64,000 nt of DNA from Candidatus Onthoplasma sp. (GTDB taxonomy: Bacteria; Bacillota; Clostridia; Christensenellales; UBA1242), in NCBI GenBank assembly GCA_965646995.1, contig CBFGBH010000003.1:3533-67532 (forward strand), written 5' to 3'. How positions within the stretch are numbered: the stretch's first letter is position 1; every line of letters starts with the position of its first letter. The notes under the pieces were generated by a model. The model made no database searches, had not been told where the DNA came from, and worked only from the letters and a program-made list of their open reading frames with translations. Shown here one piece after another: positions 57,001 to 64,000 of this stretch. The translations under genes and the position numbers were made by a program.

Positions 57001-58476
57001 TTATCTAATTATTACCTTACCTTCGATCCAGCTAGAGAAGAATCCGTCTAGTTTCGTCTTGCTTTCTTTCTCAAAAGTTTTAATTAAATCATCCGGCGTA
57101 GCGTTTTTATACTTGAATGACTGCTGATATGCTTTTAGACACGAGACAAAACACTTCTCCCCAATCAGCTGATATAAACTCTCGTACATGAGTACACCTT
57201 TCACATACGTAATATAAGTGTATTCCGGCTCGGTCGAATACTCATTAACTGCTCGCATACTCGTGTCAATCTTCCCAAGTACATCTTCGTATACATGAAT
57301 AAATAAAGTATAATTCGCCTTAGAGATATCCACCATTTCATTATGCGTGAGTGTATAGCCATCGTTGTGGTCATAGAATAACATGGTCGAAAATTCGGTT
57401 AGTGCTTCATCTAGCCATGGATAGCGATATTCGTCGTTACCCACCATTCCATACCACCATTGGTGTGCTGTCTCATGGACGATGACATTCATATAGTCGT
57501 CTATATTATCCACCGCATCGCTAATCATCACTAGGTTAGGATACTCCATTCCGCCATACACAAAATCCGTTTTTACCACCCTAAAAGTAGCATAAGGAAA
57601 TGCCCCAAATAGTTTAGAGAATGTATTAATAGCATCCACTCCTGCCTGTAGTGATTTCGCACTATCTATATCATCATAACCATAATATTCTACTTTTACT
57701 TTGCCCGCATTCGCAGTATGTATCTCAAAACCATCACTGAACACACATGCAAAATCGCGAACAAGGCGTGCATTATACTTTAACGTCTTTTTCTCTTTAG
57801 TCTTGGTCTCACTGGACAAATCTCCTGTGGCTGCTACCTTAAGTTTATCATCCAGAGTAAGTGTCACATCATAATTCGCCATATCGCTATAGAATGGGTC
57901 TCCATTCGCATTATATGGCGATGTATTGAAATCTCCATTCTCATACACGCATGCTACCGGGTAAAAATTACCTAAATTGACAGTGTGCTCGCCATAGCCA
58001 AATCTATGTTCACAATTCGGTATTGTAAATGAGAAATCTATCATAATCTCTACACGCTCGTTAGGCATGAGACTACTATCAAGATTGACGACCAAAATGC
58101 CGTCATGCTCTCCTTCGTACACTACATTTATGTCTCTTTTATTGACCTGAACACGCTTGACATCAAACACTGCATATGACATACCATTCGGATATGCTTC
58201 ATTCATCTTTGTGCTAGAGACTATCATGTCTGTAGCTCCCTCTTCAAAATATTGTGGATAGAGATGAAATTTCACTTTCTTTAATATGTTATCAGTCGAA
58301 TTGACATAATCCACTTTCGAACTCGCCACTACTGATTTATTATCATCATTATATTCTAGAGTAATATTATAATTAGTTAGATTTTTTGATAATTGCGCTA
58401 TATCATCAGGTTTACTGCATGCCGTGCATGTAAATACCATTAGAACAGCAAATAATGTTACAAAAACTTTCTTCAT
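57001..58476 (-). CDS. M1-family (gluzincin) zinc metallopeptidase, lipoprotein (about 491 aa)
   Basis: HETAHQWWYGMVGNDEYRYPWLDEALTEF is HExxH-X18-E. The N-terminus from ATG 58476, MKKVFVTLFAVLMVFTCTAC, has a signal peptide plus lipobox-like Cys. The start is uncertain because there is no clear SD. Confidence 0.75.
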   Translation of the reverse strand: MKKVFVTLFAVLMVFTCTACSKPDDIAQLSKNLTNYNITLEYNDDNKSVVASSKVDYVNSTDNILKKVKFHLYPQYFEEGATDMIVSSTKMNEAYPNGMSYAVFDVKRVQVNKRDINVVYEGEHDGILVVNLDSSLMPNERVEIMIDFSFTIPNCEHRFGYGEHTVNLGNFYPVACVYENGDFNTSPYNANGDPFYSDMANYDVTLTLDDKLKVAATGDLSSETKTKEKKTLKYNARLVRDFACVFSDGFEIHTANAGKVKVEYYGYDDIDSAKSLQAGVDAINTFSKLFGAFPYATFRVVKTDFVYGGMEYPNLVMISDAVDNIDDYMNVIVHETAHQWWYGMVGNDEYRYPWLDEALTEFSTMLFYDHNDGYTLTHNEMVDISKANYTLFIHVYEDVLGKIDTSMRAVNEYSTEPEYTYITYVKGVLMYESLYQLIGEKCFVSCLKAYQQSFKYKNATPDDLIKTFEKESKTKLDGFFSSWIEGKVIIR

Positions 58477-58589
58477 ATTTGATTGTATGAATTTGGACAA
58501 ATATATAGAACTTTGAATTTGTCTTAATTTGGCAAGCGAATTTTATATTAACAATAGACAAAACACAAAATATGTGCTAATATCTTGAT

Positions 58590-60026
58590 ATGTCATTCTG
58601 TAAATTCAGTCCAAATTTCAATTCGAGCAATAAAACCGCGATAGATAATGTATTTATCGAAGAGTTTTTGCCTAAAGCGCCTGACCTGTGCGTCAAGGTA
58701 TACATCATGGGGTTAAACAAATGCTCTAACGCGGACGAATCTACTAATACTATTAAGTATTTTGCGGAAAAACTCAAAATCAGTGAAGAAGAGGTTGTAT
58801 CTATCTTTTACTATTGGCAGGAAGAGGGTTTAGTCCAAGTCCTATCTACCGACCCTGTCGAAGTGAGATACCTACCTGTCACTAGTTTTAATAAGAAAGT
58901 GAAAAAATATGATGTCTATAAATATACCGATTTCACTATTCAGCTACAAGAATTATTCCAAAATCATATGCTAACTCAGAACGAACTCAACGAGTATATT
59001 GCCCTACTTGAGAATAAAAACATAGAGCAATCCGCTCTTCTCGAGATAGTGAAATATTGTATTAATTATAAAGGTTTCAATCTAAGCCCTAACTACTGTT
59101 TGACTGTAGCTAGAGACTGGATAAAAAACGGCATACTCACTAAAGATGCCGTACGAAATAAAATCGAAGAGTTCGGCATAATTGATGACAAAATGGGACT
59201 TATACTGTCCGCCATGGGTAGCAAAAGAAAAGTCCAAATAGAAGATAAAGAACTTTTAAATAAATGGCTCAATTCGTTCGGCTTCGAACTGAATGTAATA
59301 ATTTTTGTAGTAAAATATCTCAAGAGTAAAAAGCGTCACCTTGACATTAATGTCCTAGACGAGTATCTCACTAAATATTTTGAAATGAAACTCATGTCTA
59401 TTTCTGAGATTGAGAACTACGAGAATGAGAAAGAAAACTTGTATTTTGTAGCCACTGCGGTCAATAAAGAATTAGGTATATACTATGAAGATTTGACTAA
59501 AGAGATAGATACATATGTAGTGACTTGGCTCAATATGGGATTTGAAATCGAACTGCTAAAAATGGTAGCTGACAATTGTTTCAAATCATCCATTCGTACA
59601 TTGGAAGGCTATAATAATATAATAATCAAATTATTTAAGCTAGGTATCACGACTACTAACGCATACATGCAATATTTAGATCATAATCTCGCTATTGATA
59701 CCAAGATTCAGCAAGTACTCTCTACTCTCAACCTTAAACGCAATGTCAATAATATGGATAGAAACTTCTATGCCACATGGACAGCTGATTGGCTATTCCC
59801 ACACGATGTAATAATGTATGGAGCGGAGCTAGGTAGAGACAAAGTGAACGCTATGCAATATTTGAACAAAGTACTTGCGAACTGGAATTCACAAGGTCTA
59901 CGCACTATAGATAAAGTGCGTGACTTAAAACTAGAGACCGAACCTAAGACCGAATTCTTACATAATAATTACACCAAAGAACAAATTGCTAGCGTCATCT
60001 CTAATCTAGATGAGGTGGAGGTGTAA
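58590..60026 (+). CDS. Replication initiation/membrane attachment protein (Bacillus DnaB / DnaD-domain family, not the helicase)
   Basis: 478 aa, a size and gene order (followed by dnaI) like B. subtilis dnaB-dnaI. N-terminus NVFIEEFLPKAPDLCVKVYIMGL is typical of DnaD-like domains. Confidence 0.6.
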   Translation: MSFCKFSPNFNSSNKTAIDNVFIEEFLPKAPDLCVKVYIMGLNKCSNADESTNTIKYFAEKLKISEEEVVSIFYYWQEEGLVQVLSTDPVEVRYLPVTSFNKKVKKYDVYKYTDFTIQLQELFQNHMLTQNELNEYIALLENKNIEQSALLEIVKYCINYKGFNLSPNYCLTVARDWIKNGILTKDAVRNKIEEFGIIDDKMGLILSAMGSKRKVQIEDKELLNKWLNSFGFELNVIIFVVKYLKSKKRHLDINVLDEYLTKYFEMKLMSISEIENYENEKENLYFVATAVNKELGIYYEDLTKEIDTYVVTWLNMGFEIELLKMVADNCFKSSIRTLEGYNNIIIKLFKLGITTTNAYMQYLDHNLAIDTKIQQVLSTLNLKRNVNNMDRNFYATWTADWLFPHDVIMYGAELGRDKVNAMQYLNKVLANWNSQGLRTIDKVRDLKLETEPKTEFLHNNYTKEQIASVISNLDEVEV

Positions 60027-60027
60027 T

Positions 60028-60942
60028 ATGGATAGAAAAAGATTAATTTCAGAGATTAAGCAGAATTTCATGTTAAAACGCATACACGCACAGGAAGAAT
60101 GCGATAATTTTATCGAAAATTTGCGAAAAAATGCAGAATTTAACGATTTATATATAAAATATAGCGAAAAACAGATAGCCTTCTGGAAATCGAAATACGA
60201 AGAGGACAATATCGAACTTCAGCACGATTTTGAAGACATCAGAACTAAAGTCGAACAATATCTCACGAAACTCGGCTACGACAAATCGAATCTAAATCCG
60301 AAATACGACTGTCCTATTTGTAATGATACAGGTGTCGTGGGTGGAAGAATATGTAATTGCTTGCTCAGCGAACTCAATCAAAAAATCTCGAGACTATGTA
60401 GCTCGCAGACTCAATTCGTGAGTTTCGCTGACTGCGATGAGAACATCATGAACGATACTGATAGGAAAGCTAAACGCATTCTCGAGAACTGGTGCGACAA
60501 ATACCCAAATGTCAGCAAAAATACTATCACTCTCATAGGTAATGCTGGCTCAGGCAAGACCTATCTACTCGAGTGCGTAGCAAGTGAGATGATGAAGAAA
60601 AATAATATCGTCTGTTTCAAGACCGCATTTGAATTAAACGAACTGGCTAGACTATATCATATCGGTAAATCGTACGACTTCGCCGATTGTATCAATGCGG
60701 AAGTGTTGATAATTGACGACCTAGCTACCGAGCCAATCTTAAAGAATGTGACTAAAGAATATATCTACAATCTCATCAACACTCGTCAGAGCAAAAATCT
60801 ACCTACCCTAATCTCGACCAACCTAGACCCTAATCAGATACTAGATAGATATGATGAGCGAATATTCAGCAGACTGAGCAATAAAAATATTTCACTCATA
60901 ATGCAACTCGATTCACAAGATAAAAGGATTACCAAAAAGTAA
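60028..60942 (+). CDS. dnaI: Helicase loader DnaI (DnaC/DnaI AAA+ family)
   Basis: Start at ATG 60028 (GGAGG, then 6 nt). N-terminal zinc module CPICNDTGVVGGRICNC. Walker A GNAGSGKTY, Walker B LIIDDL. 304 aa. Confidence 0.75.
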   Translation: MDRKRLISEIKQNFMLKRIHAQEECDNFIENLRKNAEFNDLYIKYSEKQIAFWKSKYEEDNIELQHDFEDIRTKVEQYLTKLGYDKSNLNPKYDCPICNDTGVVGGRICNCLLSELNQKISRLCSSQTQFVSFADCDENIMNDTDRKAKRILENWCDKYPNVSKNTITLIGNAGSGKTYLLECVASEMMKKNNIVCFKTAFELNELARLYHIGKSYDFADCINAEVLIIDDLATEPILKNVTKEYIYNLINTRQSKNLPTLISTNLDPNQILDRYDERIFSRLSNKNISLIMQLDSQDKRITKK

Positions 60943-61000
60943 TTCTTTTTTCATCATTATTCACTATAATTCTACAATATTTGTTTTAATCAAAGGTTTT

Positions 61001-61343
61001 TTGACTTTTGCTTTCTTTATTTGACAATATTATCTTTATTTAGACATATTCATTTTTAATTATACTATTTCATTCTATATTAGACAATATCATTATAATT
61101 TAGACAAATTTATTTCAAATTAAACAAATACATATTATATTTGACATAATCATTTTAATTTAAACAAAATCATTCAAATTCAGTCATTTAAAATTAGACA
61201 ATTTCTTTTTTATTCTGACATAACATTTTCGAATTTGACAATTTCATAGCGATTTAGACATAATCATATTAATTCGTACAATATTATTACAAATAGGACA
61301 CAATAATATATTGATAGACATTTTTATTTTTAATTAGACAAAA
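61001..61343. repeat. Array of 18 tandem units with an exact 20-bp period, core T(T/A)GACA(A/T)A(A/T)TCAT
   Basis: Hexamer starts at 61001, 61021, 61041, 61061, 61081, 61101, 61121, 61141, 61161 and 61181. One 14-bp unit follows, then starts at 61195, 61215, 61235, 61255, 61275, 61295, 61315 and 61335. GACA sits at the fixed phase in 12 of 18 units and NACA in 15 of 18. The array fills the gap between the dnaI stop and the XRE gene stop. Confidence 0.9.
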
Positions 61344-61655
61344 TTATTTATTTTTCATACCATCTAGATAGGATTCTAACTTGGCACAGTCTAGGTCGCT
61401 AATGTCCTTAATCTTATTAATCAGCTTCGTCTGTGCGTCAGTCAAAAAAGACATATCTAGATACCTATCTGTCTCATGCCCTAATAATGTATCTACTGTG
61501 ACATGAAAATAATCAGCCAATTTTATTAATGTATCAAGGTCTGGAGTCCTTTTTCCTAATTCATAATTTTGATATGCATTTGTTGTAATTTTCAAAAATT
61601 TTGCCATGTCAGCCTGTGTTCTATTATATTTATTTCTATATTTCTTTAGTTCCAT
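61344..61655 (-). CDS. XRE-family HTH regulator (103 aa), paralog of 51688-51990
   Basis: MELKKYRNKYNRTQADMAKFLKITTNAYQNYELGKRTPDLDTLIKLADYFHVTVDTLL. The C-terminal CAKLESYLDGMKNK matches CMKLKAYLDGLRNK of the interrupted copy. There is no SD, and TATAAT lies 8 nt upstream of the ATG, so the mRNA may be leaderless. Confidence 0.8.
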   Translation of the reverse strand: MELKKYRNKYNRTQADMAKFLKITTNAYQNYELGKRTPDLDTLIKLADYFHVTVDTLLGHETDRYLDMSFLTDAQTKLINKIKDISDLDCAKLESYLDGMKNK

Positions 61656-61678
61656 ATATTATAATTATATACAGCACA

Positions 61679-61765
61679 TACAAATTGTAGGTAAAAATTT
61701 TGATAATTTGTTGACTTATATACATATTGTATGTATAATTAAATAAACAACGCATACAATTTGTT
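61679..61765. promoter_or_regulatory. Three 11-bp palindromic operator-like sites (TACAW-W-TTGTW) in the divergent promoter region
   Basis: TACAAATTGTA at 61679-61689, TACATATTGTA at 61721-61731, TACAATTTGTT at 61755-61765. The middle site lies in the spacer of the plus-strand promoter. Confidence 0.55.
61711..61739 (+). promoter_or_regulatory. Near-consensus promoter for the Cys-rich gene
   Basis: TTGACT (61711-61716), 17 nt, TATAAT (61734-61739). AAAGGAGA SD lies before ATG 61790. Confidence 0.6.
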
Positions 61766-61789
61766 TGCCACATAACAAAAGGAGAAACT

Positions 61790-62068
61790 ATGAAGATACC
61801 AGAGAAATGTTTGAGTTGTAAATACTTTCACGCACATTTTATTCTTTATAATAAATTTTTGCTGTCCGAAATTAATTGTGGACATTGCACTAAAAATTTT
61901 TCACGCATGCCTAAAGCTAACTGCATTGATTATAAATATGATAAAAAGGTTGATTTAGACAATCAAAGAATGTTATTTCTAACTAGAATGCTCCAAGATA
62001 TACGACAATATATGACAGAGTTTAACAAAAAATTCGATTTTATATATCATGATTTATACAAAGACTAG
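61790..62068 (+). CDS. Small Cys-rich (CxxC...CGxC zinc-ribbon-like) protein, paralog of 51277-51549
   Basis: MKIPEKCLSCKYFHAHFILYNKFLLSEINCGHC... It has the same divergent arrangement with an XRE gene as the first cassette. Confidence 0.7.
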   Translation: MKIPEKCLSCKYFHAHFILYNKFLLSEINCGHCTKNFSRMPKANCIDYKYDKKVDLDNQRMLFLTRMLQDIRQYMTEFNKKFDFIYHDLYKD

Positions 62069-62137
62069 CATGAATATTTGTATTTTTTGTCCATTTATGA
62101 TATAATTTATATAATATTGTAAGATTAAGGAGAAAAT

Positions 62138-62605
62138 ATGAGAAGATTTGAATTAGTTAGACCTGAGTTTATAAAATACGGCGTCGACCCAAAGACTCTG
62201 AAGAAGCCATATCGTGCGACCAAGTATGCGGTGTGCTATGACTGTTTCACTCCTATTGATGTGACCGTCGCACCCGAGTCGACCGAACTAGTATTCACGA
62301 ATTTCAAAGCATACTGCAATCGTGACGAGGGCTACATGCTCGCATCTACCAGTGGCTTGGGCAAAAAAGGTATCATTCTCGCTAACGGAGTTGGCATCAT
62401 CGAGAGCGACTATGCCGACAACGAGAGCAATGACGGCAATATAGGTTTTCTACTCCGCAACTTAAATAAAACTCCGTACTCTTTCAAGGCAGGAGACAAA
62501 ATCGGTCAGATTTTCTTCTTTAAATTCTTAGTGACGGACGATGACGCCGAGACCAATGCTGGTATAGTTAGAAAAGGTGGCTTCGGCTCTACTGATAAGA
62601 AATAA
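62138..62605 (+). CDS. dut: dUTP diphosphatase (trimeric dUTPase superfamily)
   Basis: 155 aa. ANGVGIIESDYADNE... (motif 3-like), GDKIGQIFF (motif 4-like), RKGGFGSTDKK (motif 5). AAGGAGAAAAT-ATG. Confidence 0.75.
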   Translation: MRRFELVRPEFIKYGVDPKTLKKPYRATKYAVCYDCFTPIDVTVAPESTELVFTNFKAYCNRDEGYMLASTSGLGKKGIILANGVGIIESDYADNESNDGNIGFLLRNLNKTPYSFKAGDKIGQIFFFKFLVTDDDAETNAGIVRKGGFGSTDKK

Positions 62606-62637
62606 CTTGATTTTTAATAGAATTTGTCGAAAATACA

Positions 62638-62666
62638 ATAAAAAACTCGCATTTAGCGAGTTTTTT
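62638..62666. terminator. Bidirectional intrinsic terminator
   Basis: A-tract, CTCGC (62646-62650), ATTTA loop, GCGAG (62656-62660), then T6. It lies between convergent dut and the 62665 gene. Confidence 0.7.
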
Positions 62667-63090
62667 ACACTGTCAAACTATTATCTAAATGAATATAACC
62701 ATTCTCATCTATTTGATTAGGGAAAATGATAATATCTCGAGTATGGTCGAAATCCTCAAGTCTAGCATGTCTACCACGATTCGTAAGTACAGCATGCTCT
62801 ACTTCCTTAGTAATAGGGTCAGTAACTCTAGATTCTACTCGTCCGATGCAGATGTTCTTGGCATCTACTTTCTCTTGAGAGACCATACGGACTAGCTGTC
62901 CGTTGTACTCTGAATAATATACTAAACGAGCATATACTCTAGCTATGACACAATTATCTGGAAGTTTCAATTCCTCAATACTATCTGATGATAATTTGGC
63001 AGTATCTGTATCGAAGAAAAATTGTCCATTGTCACAAGTGAAATCTACATAATACTCTTTAACTAATTTCTCTGAACTTTTCTTTGCCAT
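62665..63090 (-). CDS. Hypothetical protein (141 aa)
   Basis: ORF track. AAGGAGTAAATT-ATG. No family recognised. Confidence 0.6.
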   Translation of the reverse strand: MAKKSSEKLVKEYYVDFTCDNGQFFFDTDTAKLSSDSIEELKLPDNCVIARVYARLVYYSEYNGQLVRMVSQEKVDAKNICIGRVESRVTDPITKEVEHAVLTNRGRHARLEDFDHTRDIIIFPNQIDENGYIHLDNSLTV

Positions 63091-63160
63091 AATTTACTCC
63101 TTATATTATGATGATATCACTATTTTCACAATTTGTCAATGATTAATTTTTGATTTGATA

Positions 63161-63189
63161 TTGACAACTATTCATTTGTGATATATAAT
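63161..63189 (+). promoter_or_regulatory. Consensus sigma-70-type promoter
   Basis: TTGACA (63161-63166), 17 nt, TATAAT (63184-63189). Confidence 0.6.
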
Positions 63190-63210
63190 GATGCCATAAG
63201 GAAAATTATT

Positions 63211-63591
63211 ATGGATAAAACCAAAAAAATCTGTGAAAAAGCTAAAAATATTTACGCCATAGAAGGCATAAGCGAGAGATTCATAAAATTAGAAAATAAA
63301 GTCATAACTTCTAAAAATGCTAAACTTATTTATACATTCGCTTGCGAAGTAGAAGGAGCAGATATTGACAGATTAACCGATGCTATAGTAGCCACCAATA
63401 ATGCTAAATATATTTATTGGTTTGCTAGAGATGTTAAGGGTGCGAATATTGAGAAATTGACTTATGGTATCATCGCTACTGGTATTATTGACTATATAAT
63501 TTTATTTGCTCGCTATATTCCTGGTGCTAACATGGATAAATTATCAATGGCTATACAAAAATTTGGAGATAATCTCCCTTTTACTGTTTAA
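63211..63591 (+). CDS. Hypothetical protein (126 aa) built from three ~33-aa repeats
   Basis: Start trimmed to ATG 63211 (AAGGAAAATTATT-ATG). Repeats: NAKLIYTFACEVEGADIDRLTDAIVAT / NAKYIYWFARDVKGANIEKLTYGIIAT / IIDYIILFARYIPGANMDKLSMAI. Confidence 0.6.
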   Translation: MDKTKKICEKAKNIYAIEGISERFIKLENKVITSKNAKLIYTFACEVEGADIDRLTDAIVATNNAKYIYWFARDVKGANIEKLTYGIIATGIIDYIILFARYIPGANMDKLSMAIQKFGDNLPFTV

Positions 63592-63632
63592 TTAAGAATA
63601 GCTTTTGATTGAAGCCTTAAAAATATCAATCA

Positions 63633-63660
63633 TAAAAAAGCCGAACTTTAATGTCCGACT
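63633..63660 (-). terminator. Intrinsic terminator of rplA
   Basis: Minus-strand RNA: AGUCGGAC, AUUAAA loop, GUUCGGCU (two G-U pairs), then U6. It lies 19 nt after the rplA stop. Confidence 0.6.
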
Positions 63661-63678
63661 TTTTTAAATTCTAAATTT

Positions 63679-64000
63679 TTATTTAGCATCGCTATATGAA
63701 ATCTTGATACTTGGTCCCATAGTAGTAGCTACATATACTGACTTCAAGTAAGTACCTTTAGCAGCTGAAGGTTTAGCCTTGATAACTGCGTTCATAACAG
63801 TTGATAAGTTAGTGTACAATCTATCTGCACCGAAACTAACTTTACCAATACGAACATGGACGATGTTCTGCTTATCTAGACGATATTCAACTTTACCAGC
63901 TTTGACATCTTTGATAGCCTTAGTCACATCCATAGTAACTGTACCACTCTTAGGGTTAGGCATCAAACCTTTTGGTCCTAAGATTCTAGCACAACGACCG
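63679..64000 (-). CDS. rplA: 50S ribosomal protein L1, C-terminal part (5' end beyond the right window edge)
   Basis: ...[55 protein letters not shown]... The frame stays open to nt 64000. Confidence 0.9.
   Translation of the reverse strand, partial: GRCARILGPKGLMPNPKSGTVTMDVTKAIKDVKAGKVEYRLDKQNIVHVRIGKVSFGADRLYTNLSTVMNAVIKAKPSAAKGTYLKSVYVATTMGPSIKISYSDAK

Noticed and set aside
61001-61343. Whether the 20-bp array is a CRISPR array, or a chromosomal oriC with DnaA boxes.
   Set aside because: The repeat unit is only 20 bp, with no unique spacers and no cas genes. No TTATCCACA-like DnaA boxes are visible, and dnaA/dnaN are not nearby.
58590-63591. Whether this is a prophage or phage-inducible island (repressor/cro-like pair, DnaD-like plus DnaC-like replication genes, iterons, dUTPase).
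   Set aside because: No integrase, excisionase, packaging or structural genes and no att-like repeats are visible. The 478-aa plus 304-aa pair matches chromosomal Bacillus-type dnaB-dnaI in size and order. The idea is kept only as an alternative hypothesis for the array.

Overview
This is a low-GC, Bacillota-type chromosomal segment that uses the standard genetic code; TAA, TAG and TGA all terminate genes here.

**Giant surface proteins.** About 54% of the window is taken up by three minus-strand genes for giant surface proteins:
- 1-5329: a 1776-aa N-terminal fragment. The supplied ORF track misses it because its stop lies off-window.
- 6663-27122: a 6819-aa protein.
- 38704-47478: a 2924-aa lipoprotein.

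All three reuse the same architecture, an 'F-x-G-x-F-D-G' entry module followed by GLUG-motif repeats.

**SipW operon.** The 2924-aa lipoprotein heads a tightly coupled six-gene operon. It contains an ER/archaeal-type signal peptidase (SipW-like), three proteins with SipW-type TasA/camelysin-like signal peptides (804, 216 and 204 aa), and a single-pass membrane protein. I consider this candidate surface-fibre system the most interesting coding system in the window.

**Housekeeping genes.**
- a spoIIID-family regulator
- aspS-asnS behind a complete T-box leader with a GAC (Asp) specifier
- sufC plus a sufB/D-family gene
- cysS
- a heterodimeric ABC exporter with one degenerate ATP site
- an M1-family lipoprotein peptidase
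- Bacillus-type dnaB-dnaI
- dut
- the 3' part of rplA

**Accessory and non-coding highlights.**
- An 18-unit array of TTAGACA-type motifs with an exact 20-bp period lies directly after dnaI (61001-61343).
- A cassette of an XRE repressor divergent from a CxxC...CGxC small protein occurs twice, with operator-like repeats. It has a third, TAA-interrupted XRE copy.
- A GC-rich, hairpin-dense, roughly 290-nt island is bracketed by terminators (52376-52665).
- A second small gene is interrupted by an in-frame TAA.

I found no rRNA, tRNA, CRISPR array, transposase or integrase.

All domain names are assigned from motif recognition by eye, not from database searches.
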